Positions 10,942 through 24,152 of a stretch of DNA of 64,000 bases are shown here, piece after piece (position 1 is the first letter of the stretch; each line of letters starts with the position of its first letter). Source of the stretch: Mytilus californianus (lineage: Eukaryota); assembly GCF_021869535.1 (NCBI RefSeq), contig NW_026262745.1, forward strand, positions 22,196,001-22,260,000, in the 5' to 3' direction. The position numbers and the translations under genes are program-made. The notes beneath the pieces were generated by a model. It worked only from the letters and a program-made list of their open reading frames with translations. It ran no database searches and was not told the origin of the DNA.

Positions 10942-12593
10942 GTAAGTACAGATACAATTCAATTATTCAAGTGATAAGATTTAACAATTTAAAATCTTGT
11001 AGTCTCTCGTTGTTTCTGGAGCCAAAATATATTTCCATGGGGTTAAATGATTTTACAGCATTTGTTTTATATCTTACGTAGTTGGCTTAATTACGGTGAC
11101 AGTAGTTTACCGATGTTCAAATATCATACATTGTAAATGATTTAGAAACAGACAAATCAAGGTAGCAAATAGAAAATGAGAAAATCGCATGAACTCCAAA
11201 ACAAGCGATACCGGGTGCATCGACAGTGTAAGAGTCTGATGTTATGCATGCATCACCTAAAACTGTAAGATTATCATAGTGAAATTGGGTAAGCCGCTGC
11301 ACAGGCTTTTTGATGAAGTGATTATCAACATATAACGTTTGTCAATACCTCCATGGTATATATTTATGTCTTTTTTACTTGCTCTTAAATAGTAAAAAAG
11401 ATCTCAAATATTTTTCATACATTTAACATTTATTTTGCTCAGTTTACGAACTAAGATTTACCACAAGTTATGAAAGGAATAACTTTATTGTTTATTACAT
11501 TATTACACTGCGAAATTTATTATAGTTCTATTACCGTTGCATGCGCTTATGAAAAAGGACATGGTAGACCATTTATATTTTATTTCTGATGCCTTTACAT
11601 TTAGATCTCATCCAGAATATAAATTTTGATCCCAACAGTCCTGATTTAATGACTTGGCAATATTAACATTGGTATTATGTGTTCTGATTAGAATTTCAAA
11701 CTGTCCTTTACTAGATTTAGATATTTCAGATTTACACCAAAAACTCTCCACAAAAATTAACGACAAAACTTTTTTTTCCCATTTGTAAATTTTTCCATTT
11801 TTGTACGGTGATGTTCTTTTTGTACCGTCTTACGGTGTTTATACATCCCAACTCGTTCGTTTTGTCCGTGTCTGTAGTGACGTTTTGGATTTCAATGAGC
11901 GTAATCTATGAATTAAAGGTAAATTATTGAGTCAGAGATTTCGTTTCCACAAATTACTTAAAACCTTTACTAAATTATTCCATTGATACAAATATTTGGT
12001 TTGGACGTTTGGATGTACCAGTACAAATCTTATATCAAACTGAATAGCACATTCTTATTTTTACGGCAATGTTGTTTACCGACCCCTGAAATTTAGATAC
12101 GATCCGGTTAAACTTATCAATCCTTTAAATAAACTTATTTTAAAGGTTACCAATTCCACACTGTACTTAGATCTTTGAATATTGTTTTTATTGGTATGAA
12201 TATTGATTTTGTTATCAGTAAATTAAAAACATACTATTATTGTTATATGCATGTGCACATTCAGTGTACTACAATCTGTCGATATCTATGTTTTGGCATT
12301 GCACAAGGTCATGTTTTTTCTCTGACTGTTAATGACGTCTTTACACTAAATCCATTAGATATTGGATGTGTAGTGATTGATATTTTAGTCTTAGATACAT
12401 GATTTTTTTATAAGTTGTTATAGGCTTTGAACTAGCTGTCAGGAATTGCAAGTTCTCTCAGATCTGTATGTACTTTGCGTCTTTGTTTTGTGTGTGAGGG
12501 ATGTATATATACCCTGCCACGTCAAGCCGGTGTTTTTGTTGGATGTTTTTTCTGCTTTATGTCGATCTGATGAGTTGAGCCCTTTTCAACTGA

Positions 12594-13437
12594 TTTTTTG
12601 TCCCCCGCGCAACCTGTTGCGAGAGGACATAGAAATACCGGGCGTCCGTCCGTTCGTCCGTCCGTCCGTCTGTCCGTCCGGTCTTGTTAGCGCTCTCACG
12701 TGTACAGCTCTTGCCAGAGTTTAATTAAGGTTATATCATAGCTTTATATCGGCATTGTGTCGGAAAAGTTCGATAATCAGTGTCAATTAATAATATTTAA
12801 AAAAGTTATGCTCCTTTGAAATATTAATTATATACAAAATTGTAATGTTAACGCTCTCATGTGTACAATTCTTGAAAGATTTTTATGAAACTTATATCAT
12901 AGGTATATATCAGCAATGTTTCTGACAAATTCGAAAATTAGTGCCGAAGACCCATTTTCTAAAAGGGGTATGCCCCTTTGAAACATTAATTATATGGAAA
13001 ATTGCATTGTTAGCGCTATCACATGTACAATTCTTGTCAGATTTTTTTTAAACTTATATCATAGGTTTATAAAAGCAATGTCTCGAAAATCAGTGCCGAT
13101 CAATAATTATTAAAAGAGTTATGCCCCTTTGAAATATTAATTATATACAAAATTGCATTGTTAGCGCTCTAATGTGTACAATTCTTGCCAAAGATTTATG
13201 AAACTTATATCATAGGTTTATATCAGCAATGCCTTTGACACTTTCGAAAATCATTGCCGATAAAATATTTTTAAAAGAGTTATATGCCCCTTGGAAATAT
13301 TAATTATATCTGAAGTTGCATTGCATTTGCTCTCAAGCCTTCATTTCAAGATATTTATAAAAAATTTAAAGAAATTTTTAGTTTTTGCTAATGACAGATG
13401 AAATATGTGCAACACGGGGGACATTGGAACTCTGTTC
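12594..13437 (+). mobile_element. HINE/pearl-type element with ~4 central ~155-bp repeats
   Basis: 5' ttttgtcccccgcgcaacctgttgcgagaggaca, (GTCC)n, tandem core units, 3' cgggggacattggaactctgttc. Confidence 0.8.
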
Positions 13438-13439
13438 TT

Positions 13440-13980
13440 TTATAACGTTTGTTATTATGTTCTACTGTTACACTACTGTTCAAGGTTAGGTGGAGGGTTT
13501 GCGTCTCAAACATGTTTAATAACCCCACCATATTATATATGTGTCTTCCCAAGGCAGGAGCCTGTAAGTGGGTGGTTGTTGTTTATTGCTGTTTCTCATA
13601 TTTGTTTTTCATTTATTGTTTTGTATATTTTGTTCTTGTGTGATGCCGTTACATCATTGTTCCATTGTCCCAGGATAGGGGGAGGGTTGTCACCTTCAAA
13701 CATGTTTAACTCCGCTACATTCTTAATTTGCCTGCAGGAGCCTGAAGTTCAGTGCTTGTCGTTAGTTCTTGTCATATTTGTTTTTCTTAAATTGATTTTG
13801 TTATAAATTATGTTGTTTGTTTTCTCAATTGAATTCTTTCATATTATTCATGTTGGGGTCTTTTATAGCCAACTATACGGAATGGGGTTTTTCACATTGT
13901 TGAAGGCCGTACGGTGCCTATAATTGCTTACATCCACTTTATTTGAGCTTTGGTGCATAGTTGTCATACCACATCTACTT
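13440..13980 (-). repeat. High-copy interspersed repeat family (copy in reverse orientation)
   Basis: Reverse complement of the family at 32820-33480 and 55684-56270. Further partial copies at about 870-1170, 14405-14560 and 22785-22880. Confidence 0.75.
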
Positions 13981-15435
13981 AAGTTTGCTTTGTAAGTCGG
14001 CTTCTTACCTCATTCCAAAAATTGTAGAACATTTTAAGAATAATAAATACTGCAAATGAATATTTATGTTTATTTTGAAGACCATATGGTTACCTTTAGA
14101 TATAATTTTATTTGTTTATGGGTAGCTGTCATATTCAAACATATCACACATCTCCTTTCATTCATAAAAAAGATAGCTGATTACTTACTGCGATGACATG
14201 CTCGTTCATATTTTTAATTCAAATTGAATATCGAAATTGTGCGTTGGGATTTTGATTTTTACATCCCTGCCTGGAAGAGTGCTATACAGTGATACACATG
14301 TTTGTCCGTCCGTCCGTCTGGCACAAGTCTGGTGTCTGAATCTAAATGAGGTCAATTTCGATTTAAGTGATATTAACATTTATCGTTGAATAGTTACTTA
14401 GAAATGAAGAGATGTGGTATGATTGCCAATGAGACGACTAGTATCCACCCGAGTTAAAGTGACGAAGATATAATCAATGATAGGTCACCTTACGGTCTTC
14501 AACAATGCGAAAATCCATAGAGTATAGTCAGCTATAAAAGACTCCGGTATGCGAAATGTGAAACCCTAGATATAAACCGAAAAAGCTGTTATTGTATGTG
14601 CTGAACTGTCCGAGGTGTATGTATCAAATGATGAAATGTCAGTAGAATGAATAAATTTTACCTTACGTTAAATCCGGAGGAATTATTAGAAAAATGGTAT
14701 TTAATATTTTAGCTATAAATTATATTTTTCCGGAATTAATTTTTTGTGATTAGTTAGACTTTCACTCACAAAATAAGCATTATCAAATCCTTCTGACTTT
14801 ATTTGGTTTGTGAACGAGTCGGCGGAATCAAGACGAGGGTTTAAAATGAATGATTCCTACTGTGAAAATGCACCGCATATACAATAGAAATGAATCGCCC
14901 CTACAGTGAAAATGAAAGTACATGTATTGTATCATTATTCGATAGTAAACATGATTGGCATAATGAAAGCAGCATAGTGGAATTTAACTCAATATCAACA
15001 AACTGAATGACAAAACCTGTTTTAAGTTATAAAAAATTTGTGATTATGTTAAAAGGTATATTTTTCTGAAAATAAAACTTTCCTGCTGCTTATAAATCTC
15101 CTGCATGCTCTGTTCGTGAAATATTCTTAACATTTACCAATTTAAGTATTGATTTCACACTTGGATGGCTGTAAGTTGCGATATAATTCCGTCTGTATCT
15201 CTGAACTGTATCATGAATGTATCACAACAATACATTCTATATATTATTTCTTATTTTCAATATTCGTCTGTTTAAGTATCATTCTACATCAGAAATGCAT
15301 GTGATGTAGTTTATAGTTGGATGTTTCTGATATACGTTAACTATGTTTTCTTTAGATTTCAAAGGTTGCATTGCCAGCTATGTTATTTAATAATCATCTT
15401 GAAATTCTTAGATATTAATTTCTTTGTTTACTTAG

Positions 15436-15719
15436 CTACGGTATATGGAAATGGTGTATACTTTGCAAGAGACGCAGCATATTCCGCTAGAGGTACATAT
15501 TCGCCAAAGGACCATAACAACCAAAGGCATATGTACATGTGTAAAGTCTTAACTGGCGAATACACCCAAGGGAAACAAGGACTGATCGTACCACCGCCAA
15601 AAGGAACAAGTCACATTTTGCATGACTGTGTAGTTGATAATCCTGCAGATCCGGCAATATTTGTCATTTTCCACGATACACAAGCATATCCTGAATATTT
15701 AGTTCTATTCGAAGGATAA
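15436..15719 (+). CDS. PARP14: PARP14/15-like terminal coding exon (ART domain C-terminus, stop TAA)
   Basis: cttag acceptor; phase 1 gives ATVYGNGVYFARDAAYSA...MYMCKVLTGEYTQG...PPPK...DCVVDNPADPAIFVIFHDTQAYPEYLVLFEG*. The five exons total 1235 nt in one frame. Triad H-Y-I indicates a mono-ART. Confidence 0.96.
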
Positions 15720-18600
15720 CTTTTAGGTCACATTTTAAGAAGTAATATACCATCAATTATGTTTTAATCAAACATACATAACTACTTGTACTCTGTAAAT
15801 ATATTTTTAAAGGACGACACAAGTAGTATAATTCCTATTAAAATTGGGCCAAGTTAACGGTATCTACCTTTTCTGTTTTGTTGTTTCTAGTACAGTTAGA
15901 GAAATATTGCATTTTACAAATGTGTGTTTTTTTGGTTTTTTTTTACTTTTTTATTTTTTCATTACTTTGTTTTTGTATGGAAATTACAGAATTGAATATA
16001 CAAAAAACCAGGTTGCTTGTAAATTATTTCACATAATTCTAGTGTTGATCTGCATAGATTTATAGGTGAATTCTGTTTGGAGATATTTTCCTTTAAGTTA
16101 GACATATACTAGTTAGTACCATCAACAAATATTTTGAAGAACGTTTTACATGTTAATTCCAAAGTAAAAAAAAAAATACTTTAAAATCATATTCAACTTT
16201 AATTTGGAAAAGAATGTGTCGTTTACCGAAAAACATCTCTAATATTTGTTTGTTGTAAGGACTTTCATCAAGATAGGATAATTAGTGTAATTAGGAATTT
16301 AAAAAAAGGGCTGAAAGGGCATACGAAGAAACTGTTTTATAAAAAATATGAAAATTTTGAAAATTGTCATTTTATCACTTAAAAATATTTAATCGTTCAA
16401 AGTTTTTATAAATCATATTAACTTTTAAAGGGAGTTTTTGTCTTGTTAAAGTTAAAGCAATTTTTATTATCCGTGCATGGTGGTTAAGTTATATAGAAAT
16501 TTAGAATAGTTTTCATACATTTTGACCATGATATGAATAATAAATTATAATTTTCCTTAAAATTAGTTAGGCAAACAATGTTAATGTAAAACTCTTTGCA
16601 CACTATTTTTTTTTATAATCCAATAACTCAATCTGGTAGAACAAAGTTTTCCAATCATTATTTTGTATTATTATTTAACCGTAATACTAGAAAATATTTG
16701 ACGTCACAGACGAAAAGTGATTGTTTTTCGCAAATATCATTCGGTTAATCGGCGGAAAAATGATTCAGTCGGAATAAAAACGAAACTGGAGTATGCTAAA
16801 TGCCGATATTTGAACAGCCCGATATCCGTATTTTTCGGTATATCATTTTTATTGCAATGCATTACGATAGGCATCGATATAGAAATGGAATTATTTTATC
16901 TGTATATTACTGAGTAATTCATTGTATGCGTGATTTACATTGTCTGTAAATTGTTCAAAGCATAATTCGATTTACGCTACGAACAGTAATGACATAAACG
17001 GAATTATTTTGAAGGCGGATTAACCAAACTGTTAAAATGCCTGTACCATGTCAGGAATATGACAGTTGTTTTCCATTCGTTCAATGTGTTTGAGCCTTTG
17101 ATAGGGACTTTCCGTTTTGAATTTTCCTTAGAGTTCGGTAATTTTTTAATTTTTTTTATTGTACTTGTATTTCGAAGCATAAAAGGTAAAATTAAATGTA
17201 ATCCCTCATTTTAAGGATTTTTCCTTTATAAATACAAAGATATAGAAAATCTATCAAAAACTTTTGTCAAAATTTTGTATTTTAGGTGACGGCAATGATT
17301 AATCTTGAGATTTTCGATTATGGTGTTTCAAGTTACAATCTTGTTTTCCCTCTTCAAATACACATTCGTTCCAAATGGAATTATTTTAGCTTAAATAAAG
17401 CTCTTATGTAGTGTGTCCTTCGTTTCAAAATCTAGCCACGAATAAACATACATATAGAACTGTTTCAATTTATTAGTAATATATGACTTTCAGAAAAGTA
17501 TTAAAGCAGGTTATCATTTCAAATCCGAAATACAAGTTGTTTCTTTCATCATTCTAGTTTATTTGATACTGTTATTATCATTATATATTCAAGTGATTTT
17601 ATTCTGTATTTTCGCTAGGACGTTTTATGTTGATTTTTGAATGTCGTATTTACTTGTTGAGGGTTTAAAGTATTATCGTATTTGAAGAAATGTGGTTATT
17701 TGAGGGTAGAGGGTTCTGAAAATACTGTTACATTGAATTTCCAAGCTTCTGAATAGGGACCAAGACTGAAAACCAAAGTGTGTTTTGCTTTGTGCTTTGT
17801 AGAAATACAAGGTCATGGCAGACCTGACCGAAAGTATGAGCTTACTGCCAATTAACGGTAATATCAACTGACAGAGTGATTGAATCACATCTTTAAAATT
17901 TATAGCATTGTACAGAAACTTTCTATCAACAAACTGTACCAGACCTTGGATTTGAAAATCGATTAAAATTTAAATGTCTTAGCCCTTTGCAAATCTGCTT
18001 GAAGTCAAGACTTGGAGTTTTATTTCAAATATAGCGTATAGCTTACTTCTTTGTTTATTGCTCGGATATGTTTATTTCCTTTCATTTTGATTGCCTTTGT
18101 GAGTTTTCACGTTACACATTCCGGCTCCAACGAAATATTGTTTTAGTACATACATAGCACCGTGCATTTATATTGCATCCTCCTCAATATGCAATATTTG
18201 CCACAGAAGTTAAGGATTCAATGATTTCATATGTCATAAAAACTTAATCTTCATGCAAATATTCGTCTTATTGATAAAAGAGAATAAAATATAATTGATA
18301 ATGACGATGATTATTATGATGACGAATTGGTGTTTAACATCCAGTGGCAAATACTACATGCATATCAGGACGATGAATATAAATCCTGCTCTATTTCTAG
18401 CTGACTTATTTATATGTGATTTCCAACTTAAATATTCATTCAATTTAATCAAAAAAGATGACAAGAGCAATTGTATGAATAATTTACATAATGTTAGTAC
18501 AATTCAAACTGATATTGTGATTGTTTTGATGTCACGTTATGTCAGTTACTTTCCTTATTACTCTAGAAACATATTGAAATACAACGAATTATTATAAAGT

Positions 18601-19520
18601 GTGTAATTCAAACTAATATTGTGATTCACTAGTTTAGAGTGTGTAATTCAAACTAATATTGTGATTCACTAGTTTAGAGTATGTAATTCAAACTAATATT
18701 GTGTTATTCAAACTAGTATTGTGATCGACTAGTTTAGAGTGTGTAATTCAAACTATTATTGTGATCGACTAGTTTAGAGTGTGTAATTCAAACTATTATT
18801 GTGATCGACTAGTTTAGAGTGTGTAATTCAAACTAATATTGTGATTCACTAGTTTAGAGTATGTAATTCAAACTAATATTGTGTTATTCAAACTAGTATT
18901 GTGATCGACTAGTTTAGAGTGTGTAATTCAAACTATTATTGTGATCGACTAGTTTAGAGTGTGTAATTCAAAGTATTATTGTGATCGACTAGTTTAGAGT
19001 GTGTAATTCAAACTTTTATTGTGATCGACTAGTTTAGAGTGTGTAATTCAAACTATTATTGTGATTGACTAGTTTAGAGTGTGTATTTCAAACTATTATT
19101 GTGATTGACTAGTTTAGAGTGTGTAATTCAAACTATTATTGTGATCGACTATGTAATTCAAACTACTATTGTGATCGACTAGTTTAGAGTGTGTAATTCA
19201 AACTATTATTGTGATTGACTAGTTTAGAGTGTGTAATTCAAACTATTATTGTGATAGACTAGTTTAGAGTGTGTAATTCAAACTATTATTGTGATTGAAT
19301 AATTTAGAGTGCGCAATTCAACCTATTATTCTGATTAACTAATTTAGAGTGTTTAATTCAAACTAATATAAAATTTGTGATTAACTAGTTAATAGACTGT
19401 ATTTCAAACTGATATTGTGATTGAATAATTTAGAGTTTGTATTTCAAACTATTATTGTGATTGAATAATATATAGTGTGTAATTCAAACTATTATTGTGA
19501 TTAACTAATTTAGAATGTTT
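18601..19520 (+). repeat. 40-bp minisatellite array with 180-bp higher-order duplication
   Basis: Unit gtgtaattcaaactattattgtgatcgactagtttagagt. 18641-18820 is repeated at 18821-19000, including a 60-bp variant unit. Degenerate units at about 18490-18540 and 20063-20150. Confidence 0.95.
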
Positions 19521-19523
19521 AAA

Positions 19524-20062
19524 TCCGTGTGCGCCAATTTGCGTCTTTTTGCTACACAACTCATTTGCGTCACTAGTTTTTAAAATACATAGTACCATTT
19601 GCGCCAACAAAAATACAGTTTTTATCTTTATTTGATACGATTTGAACTCCATGTAAAATCCTTAAAACTCTTATTGACTTTTTGCCTGAGCTGTGAATAG
19701 TTTCCTTCTTTTTCTAAAAATGGGTTGTTCGATACATTTCAAATAATTTCTTTCCAAGTCATCCTTTTCAATTTGTAATAACTCCAAACATATGATCTGA
19801 CTTATACATTTTTTTATGTATACTCACCTTTTTTTTATTTTTCTAAACAACAATGGTCCCATTTATTTCATGAATGATACTTTTAAGGTACTTTAATTTA
19901 TCTATGAATTATATTTATGATAGTAATGTGTATAGGTAAAATGGCGCATATGAATTCCGTGTATTGGCGCAATTGATACCTTAAAAAACTAATATTTGGC
20001 GTAAATGATACATCACAAAAAAAAAAACAAACAAAAAAATAATTAACGCAAAAGGGCAGCTG
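19524..20062. mobile_element. MITE-like insertion with inverted subterminal TTTGCGCCA-like motifs
   Basis: Three (t/a)tgcg(c/t)c motifs at the left end and three tggcg(c/t)a motifs at the right end; minisatellite-like sequence resumes after it. Confidence 0.5.
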
Positions 20063-20188
20063 TCAATTCAAACTTATATATATATTATGATTAAATAATT
20101 TAGATTTTGTAATTTAAACTAATATTGTGATTAAATAATTCAAAATAACAATTGTCTAAATTTATTTTAATTGTTTACATAATTATCT

Positions 20189-22184
20189 AACGAAAATGTC
20201 GATAGAATCTTGAATAAAATTATCATCAAGAAGGCTACAGGAGCTGATGGTATTCCAGCAAAAATAGTAAAAAATTGTAAATCTTATATTGCACCACAGC
20301 TGACAACTCTTGTAAATTTGTCAATTAAAAATAACTGTTTCCCTGATAAACTAAAAAAAGCCCACGTGACCCCCCTTCATAAAAAGAGTGACCCATTATT
20401 AAAAACAAACTATAGACCAGTTAGTGTCTTACCCATGTTTTCTAAAATCTTTGAAAAATATATGAAATTCAACTAACTGTATACTTAGCTAAAAAATTTA
20501 ATCCTTTTTTGTGTGCATTTAGACGTGGACATGGATGTCAGACCACACTTCTCAGAGTGTTAGAAGATTGGTGTGAAGCTCTTGATAAAAACCAGTGCAT
20601 TGCAGAGGTATTAATGGATCTTTCTAAGGCTTTTGACTGCCTACCGCACAATATCTTGCTAGATAAATTATCAGCATATGGTGTATCCCCCCATTCAGTT
20701 GCTCTTTTAAAGTCCTATTTATCTGATCGTAAACAACAAATAAAAGTCAACAATGTTCTGAGTGGTTGGGCTGACATCCATAGAGGCGTACCACAGGGTT
20801 CTATACTAGGGCCATTGTTGTTTAACGTATTTATAAATGATATTTTTCTTTTTGTTAAAAATGGTAGTTTATATAACTATCCAGATGACAATACTTTGTC
20901 TTTCTGTACTCCAGATTTTTATTTATTAATTTCAACTTTGGAATCTGAGTAAAAAATACTTATTGAGTGGTTGCGGTGAATAAAATGCAAGCAAATCCCG
21001 ACAAGTTTCAAGTTTTGGCTGTTGGCAAAAAGACCTTTGAAAAAAAACCATCTAGACATATTCAAAATCCGAAGCTTACATGTGAAAAAACAGTAAAATT
21101 ATTAGGCATTGAAATTGACTATCAGCTAAATTTTTATGTTCATATCAGCTTAATCTGCAGGAGAGCCTCACAGCAATTAAATGTTTTAAAACGTTTGGGC
21201 TCTGTTTTGGATAGACTTAGTAAACTTACTATTTTTCATAGTTTTATTCTGAGTAATTTTAATTTTTGCCCTTTGGCATGGCATTTTTGCACTGAGAGAA
21301 ATTCCAAAAAACTAGAAAAGGTGTAGGAAAGAGCACTCCGTTTTGTAAACGAGGATTTAAGCAGCTCCTACGAGGACCTCTTACATAAAGCTAAGGTGCC
21401 CTCCTTGCATATCAGACGGATGAGAACAATGGCTCTAGAAACTTTCAAGATTATGAACAATATAGCTCATGTGTGCTTACAAAATTTGGTGAGTGTAAAA
21501 AAAATCTTAGTATTCTTTCAGGTATGTAAATATTCTGGATGTTCCACAGGTAAAATCAACCCGTTACGGTAAAAAATCTTTCAAATTTGCTGCCGCAACT
21601 TTATGGAACAGCCTTCCAAACCATTTCAGGACTGAAAATAGTTTTTCACATTTTAAAAGTCTTTTTCAGTCCTGGAACGGTTTGGAATGTCGCTGTTCTG
21701 CTTGCAGATAATTCTTGAGCTTTTTATTATTTATGTTGCTTTGGACTAGTGTTCATGTATTTCTTCACGAATTTTTATATATTAAAATTTTAATTTCTGA
21801 CACAGATTTCCAGAAATTGGGTAATCAATTCATGTTGAAAATATTCTGTTCTTTGAAATTTCTAGATCTCAAAGCATATATTATAGTTCTAAACTTTTTT
21901 ATTTGATTTTTATAAAAGTAATCTATTTATTTAAATATTTACCATTTTTTTAATCTAAATTTTAAACTTTTATATAGGTAAACAATGTTTTACTTCATTC
22001 TAAACCTGTTGCTTAATTTTTATTGCATGCTATGTGTGTGAGATTCAATTTTGTATTGCAGGTTGTTTATATCTTAGACTGCTTTATGTTATGTATATGT
22101 TTATATTCGGTCAAAAACTCCTTAGAGCTTGTGTTGTATATTTAACTCATGCCGAATCAAAATAAATTTTTCTTATCTTATCTT
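20189..22184 (+). mobile_element. 5'-truncated CR1/L2-group LINE (reverse transcriptase pseudogene) with (TCTTA)n tail
   Basis: ORF fragments give KATGADGIPAK, YRPVSVLPMFSKIFEK, DLSKAFDCLPH, GVPQGSILGPLLFNVFINDI, YPDD (for YADD) and SNFNFCPLAWHFC, broken by frameshifts and stops. aataaa plus tcttatcttatctt at 22161-22184. Confidence 0.93.
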
Positions 22185-23789
22185 TGTAAATACTTATGGT
22201 CCATTAGTGCTATTAACTATTATGGTAAAGATTGACACATCAGTATTTATACAGTTTGACAAAAGTTTATGATAATATGCCTTTTTTAAAAAGGGAAACA
22301 TTATATTCACTAAGAAAAAAATCGAATGAATAGACATTTATCCTATCATCTCCGAGCAGTTCAGGTTACAAAATATCTTTGCTTCACGTAATGAAAGTTA
22401 ACGATGAACTATCAATAAATCAAGAATAAAATATACATCTATATATAGTTCAAATAACCGTGTTTACTTTCAAACTTAGTTAACAAGGTTTATGATGTGA
22501 AAGGTGAACAGTAAAAGAAATTAACAGGCAAACAGAAAGACAGATTTCTTCTGAATTGACATAAATCTTACATTGCTTTTATTGTTTGTGGTGTGCAGTA
22601 GCTTGTTGTTAAATAATGAGTATAGCAATTGAATATGAAAAAAAGGTTTTTCTCAACCCTCTCCCAGATTAAGTGTGTCGCTTCAGCCTTTGATCATGAA
22701 TTCTAATTTGAAGTTGATTTTGGATTAAAAAAAGGAGAACACACGTGATCAATGATGTCAAAACAAAAATAAAAGGATGATGTATGATTGTCAATGAGAC
22801 AACGCTCCACCAGGGTCCAAACGACGTAGAGGCAACTATAGGCCACCATATGTTTTGTCGAGTTGCATGAAGCGTTGTTAATGAAAAAAATACATACTTC
22901 TGAATCGTTTGCAGAATTAAGTTTCTGGAAATACATGTAAATGGTCTCAATTATGTCATTGACGCAAGAATCAAGTTTCGTGACTCTTTCAAATTTGAAT
23001 ACAAATAACGAGCGAAAATATCTAGATTGTTATATTGCCGTCGAAGCTTAGATAAATCGATGTTTCTGTTTTCATTGCAGTTCAGAATGAATACAAATAT
23101 TACCTGGTGTAAGATGGATGAATAAAGCTCCAGAAAAATATGTCTCTTATTGTAAAATTTAATCCCATCCCACACAAAATGAGGGGTATATTGGTTTTCC
23201 TCAGTACGTGTGAACATTTTTGTCGCTTTGCTACTAACTATAAACCAGAGCTTCTGGATATTTAGTACACAGATTCATATTTGTAAGCTAACCTGTGTAA
23301 CACATTTTCACATCCGTCACTTATCTGCATCCTGCGCCACTTGTATACAAATTCTTCATATTTAAAAAAGTATAAGTAAAAACAGTTGTGGGTTTTTAAA
23401 TCGGACTACAAATTAGAGCTTCGTGTAAATTGCTGTTTTCTGATCCGTCACTTGTTTACTTCATATTTGCTACATACATGTATGCTATTTACATCGATTC
23501 AAATATAAGATGTGTTTTGCATTTTTCTCAACACTACACATCATGACGTCTTGGGTTGATATCTGGTTTAAAGTTGTATATTGGTAAGCTTAACCGTGAT
23601 CTTATCTACTTTACTCTTTACTTCCTCATTATTTGGTAAATGAATTTCTTTTCACTGAACATCAAGAGATGTTCACACTATCTTGTGTTCACTGCAGTTC
23701 TTAAAATTGACTACATTGCAACTAAGTTCATCAAGTTGTATGCATGAAATTACTGAAATCTCCACTTAACTAAGGAAATGTTAATATAT

Positions 23790-24152
23790 AAATAACACAT
23801 AGCTGAGAGGGTGATAGAGCAGAGTGTTACCCCGAGAAAACATTGTCAACTGAGGCGAAGCCAAGGTTGACAATGTCTTTTCGAGGGGTAACAATCTGCT
23901 CTATCACCCTCTCAGATATGTGTTATTTAATTTATTATACTGAACGTTCTGTTATAACTGTCTATTAAATTTCAAATTCAAAGTAATAAACTATGTTGTC
24001 TTGTACATATTAATCATCCGTATTTATTAAAGCGCACACTTGAGCAAGCGTCTCCGTAAAGGGTAATAGAGTATTTGCCATGGGATAGAGTAAATTGTCT
24101 CCCTCGTATTAACCAATCAAAATCTGGCATTTTGACATGAAGTATAATAAAT
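23790..24152. mobile_element. Long-hairpin element (139-bp palindrome centred on GGCGAAGCC plus ~220-bp tail)
   Basis: Arms 23790-23850 and 23866-23928. atttattatac (23930-23940) is matched by inverted gtataataaat (24142-24152). Tail contains aaccaatca. Confidence 0.7.

Noticed and set aside
15321-15435. N-terminal part of ORF 15321..15719 (likewise the tails of ORFs 8035, 10815 and 58587)
   Set aside because: Intron read-through; homology and splice sites bound the real exons.
17790-17845. Possible small exon (ctttgtag ... ATGGCAGACCTGACCGAAA|gtatga), or LTR-retrotransposon remnant on the minus strand
   Set aside because: Too short, with no linked exons or clear motif; cannot be supported.
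18601-19520. CRISPR-like periodic array
   Set aside because: Units are contiguous near-identical 40-mers with no unique spacers, there are no cas genes, and the context is eukaryotic.
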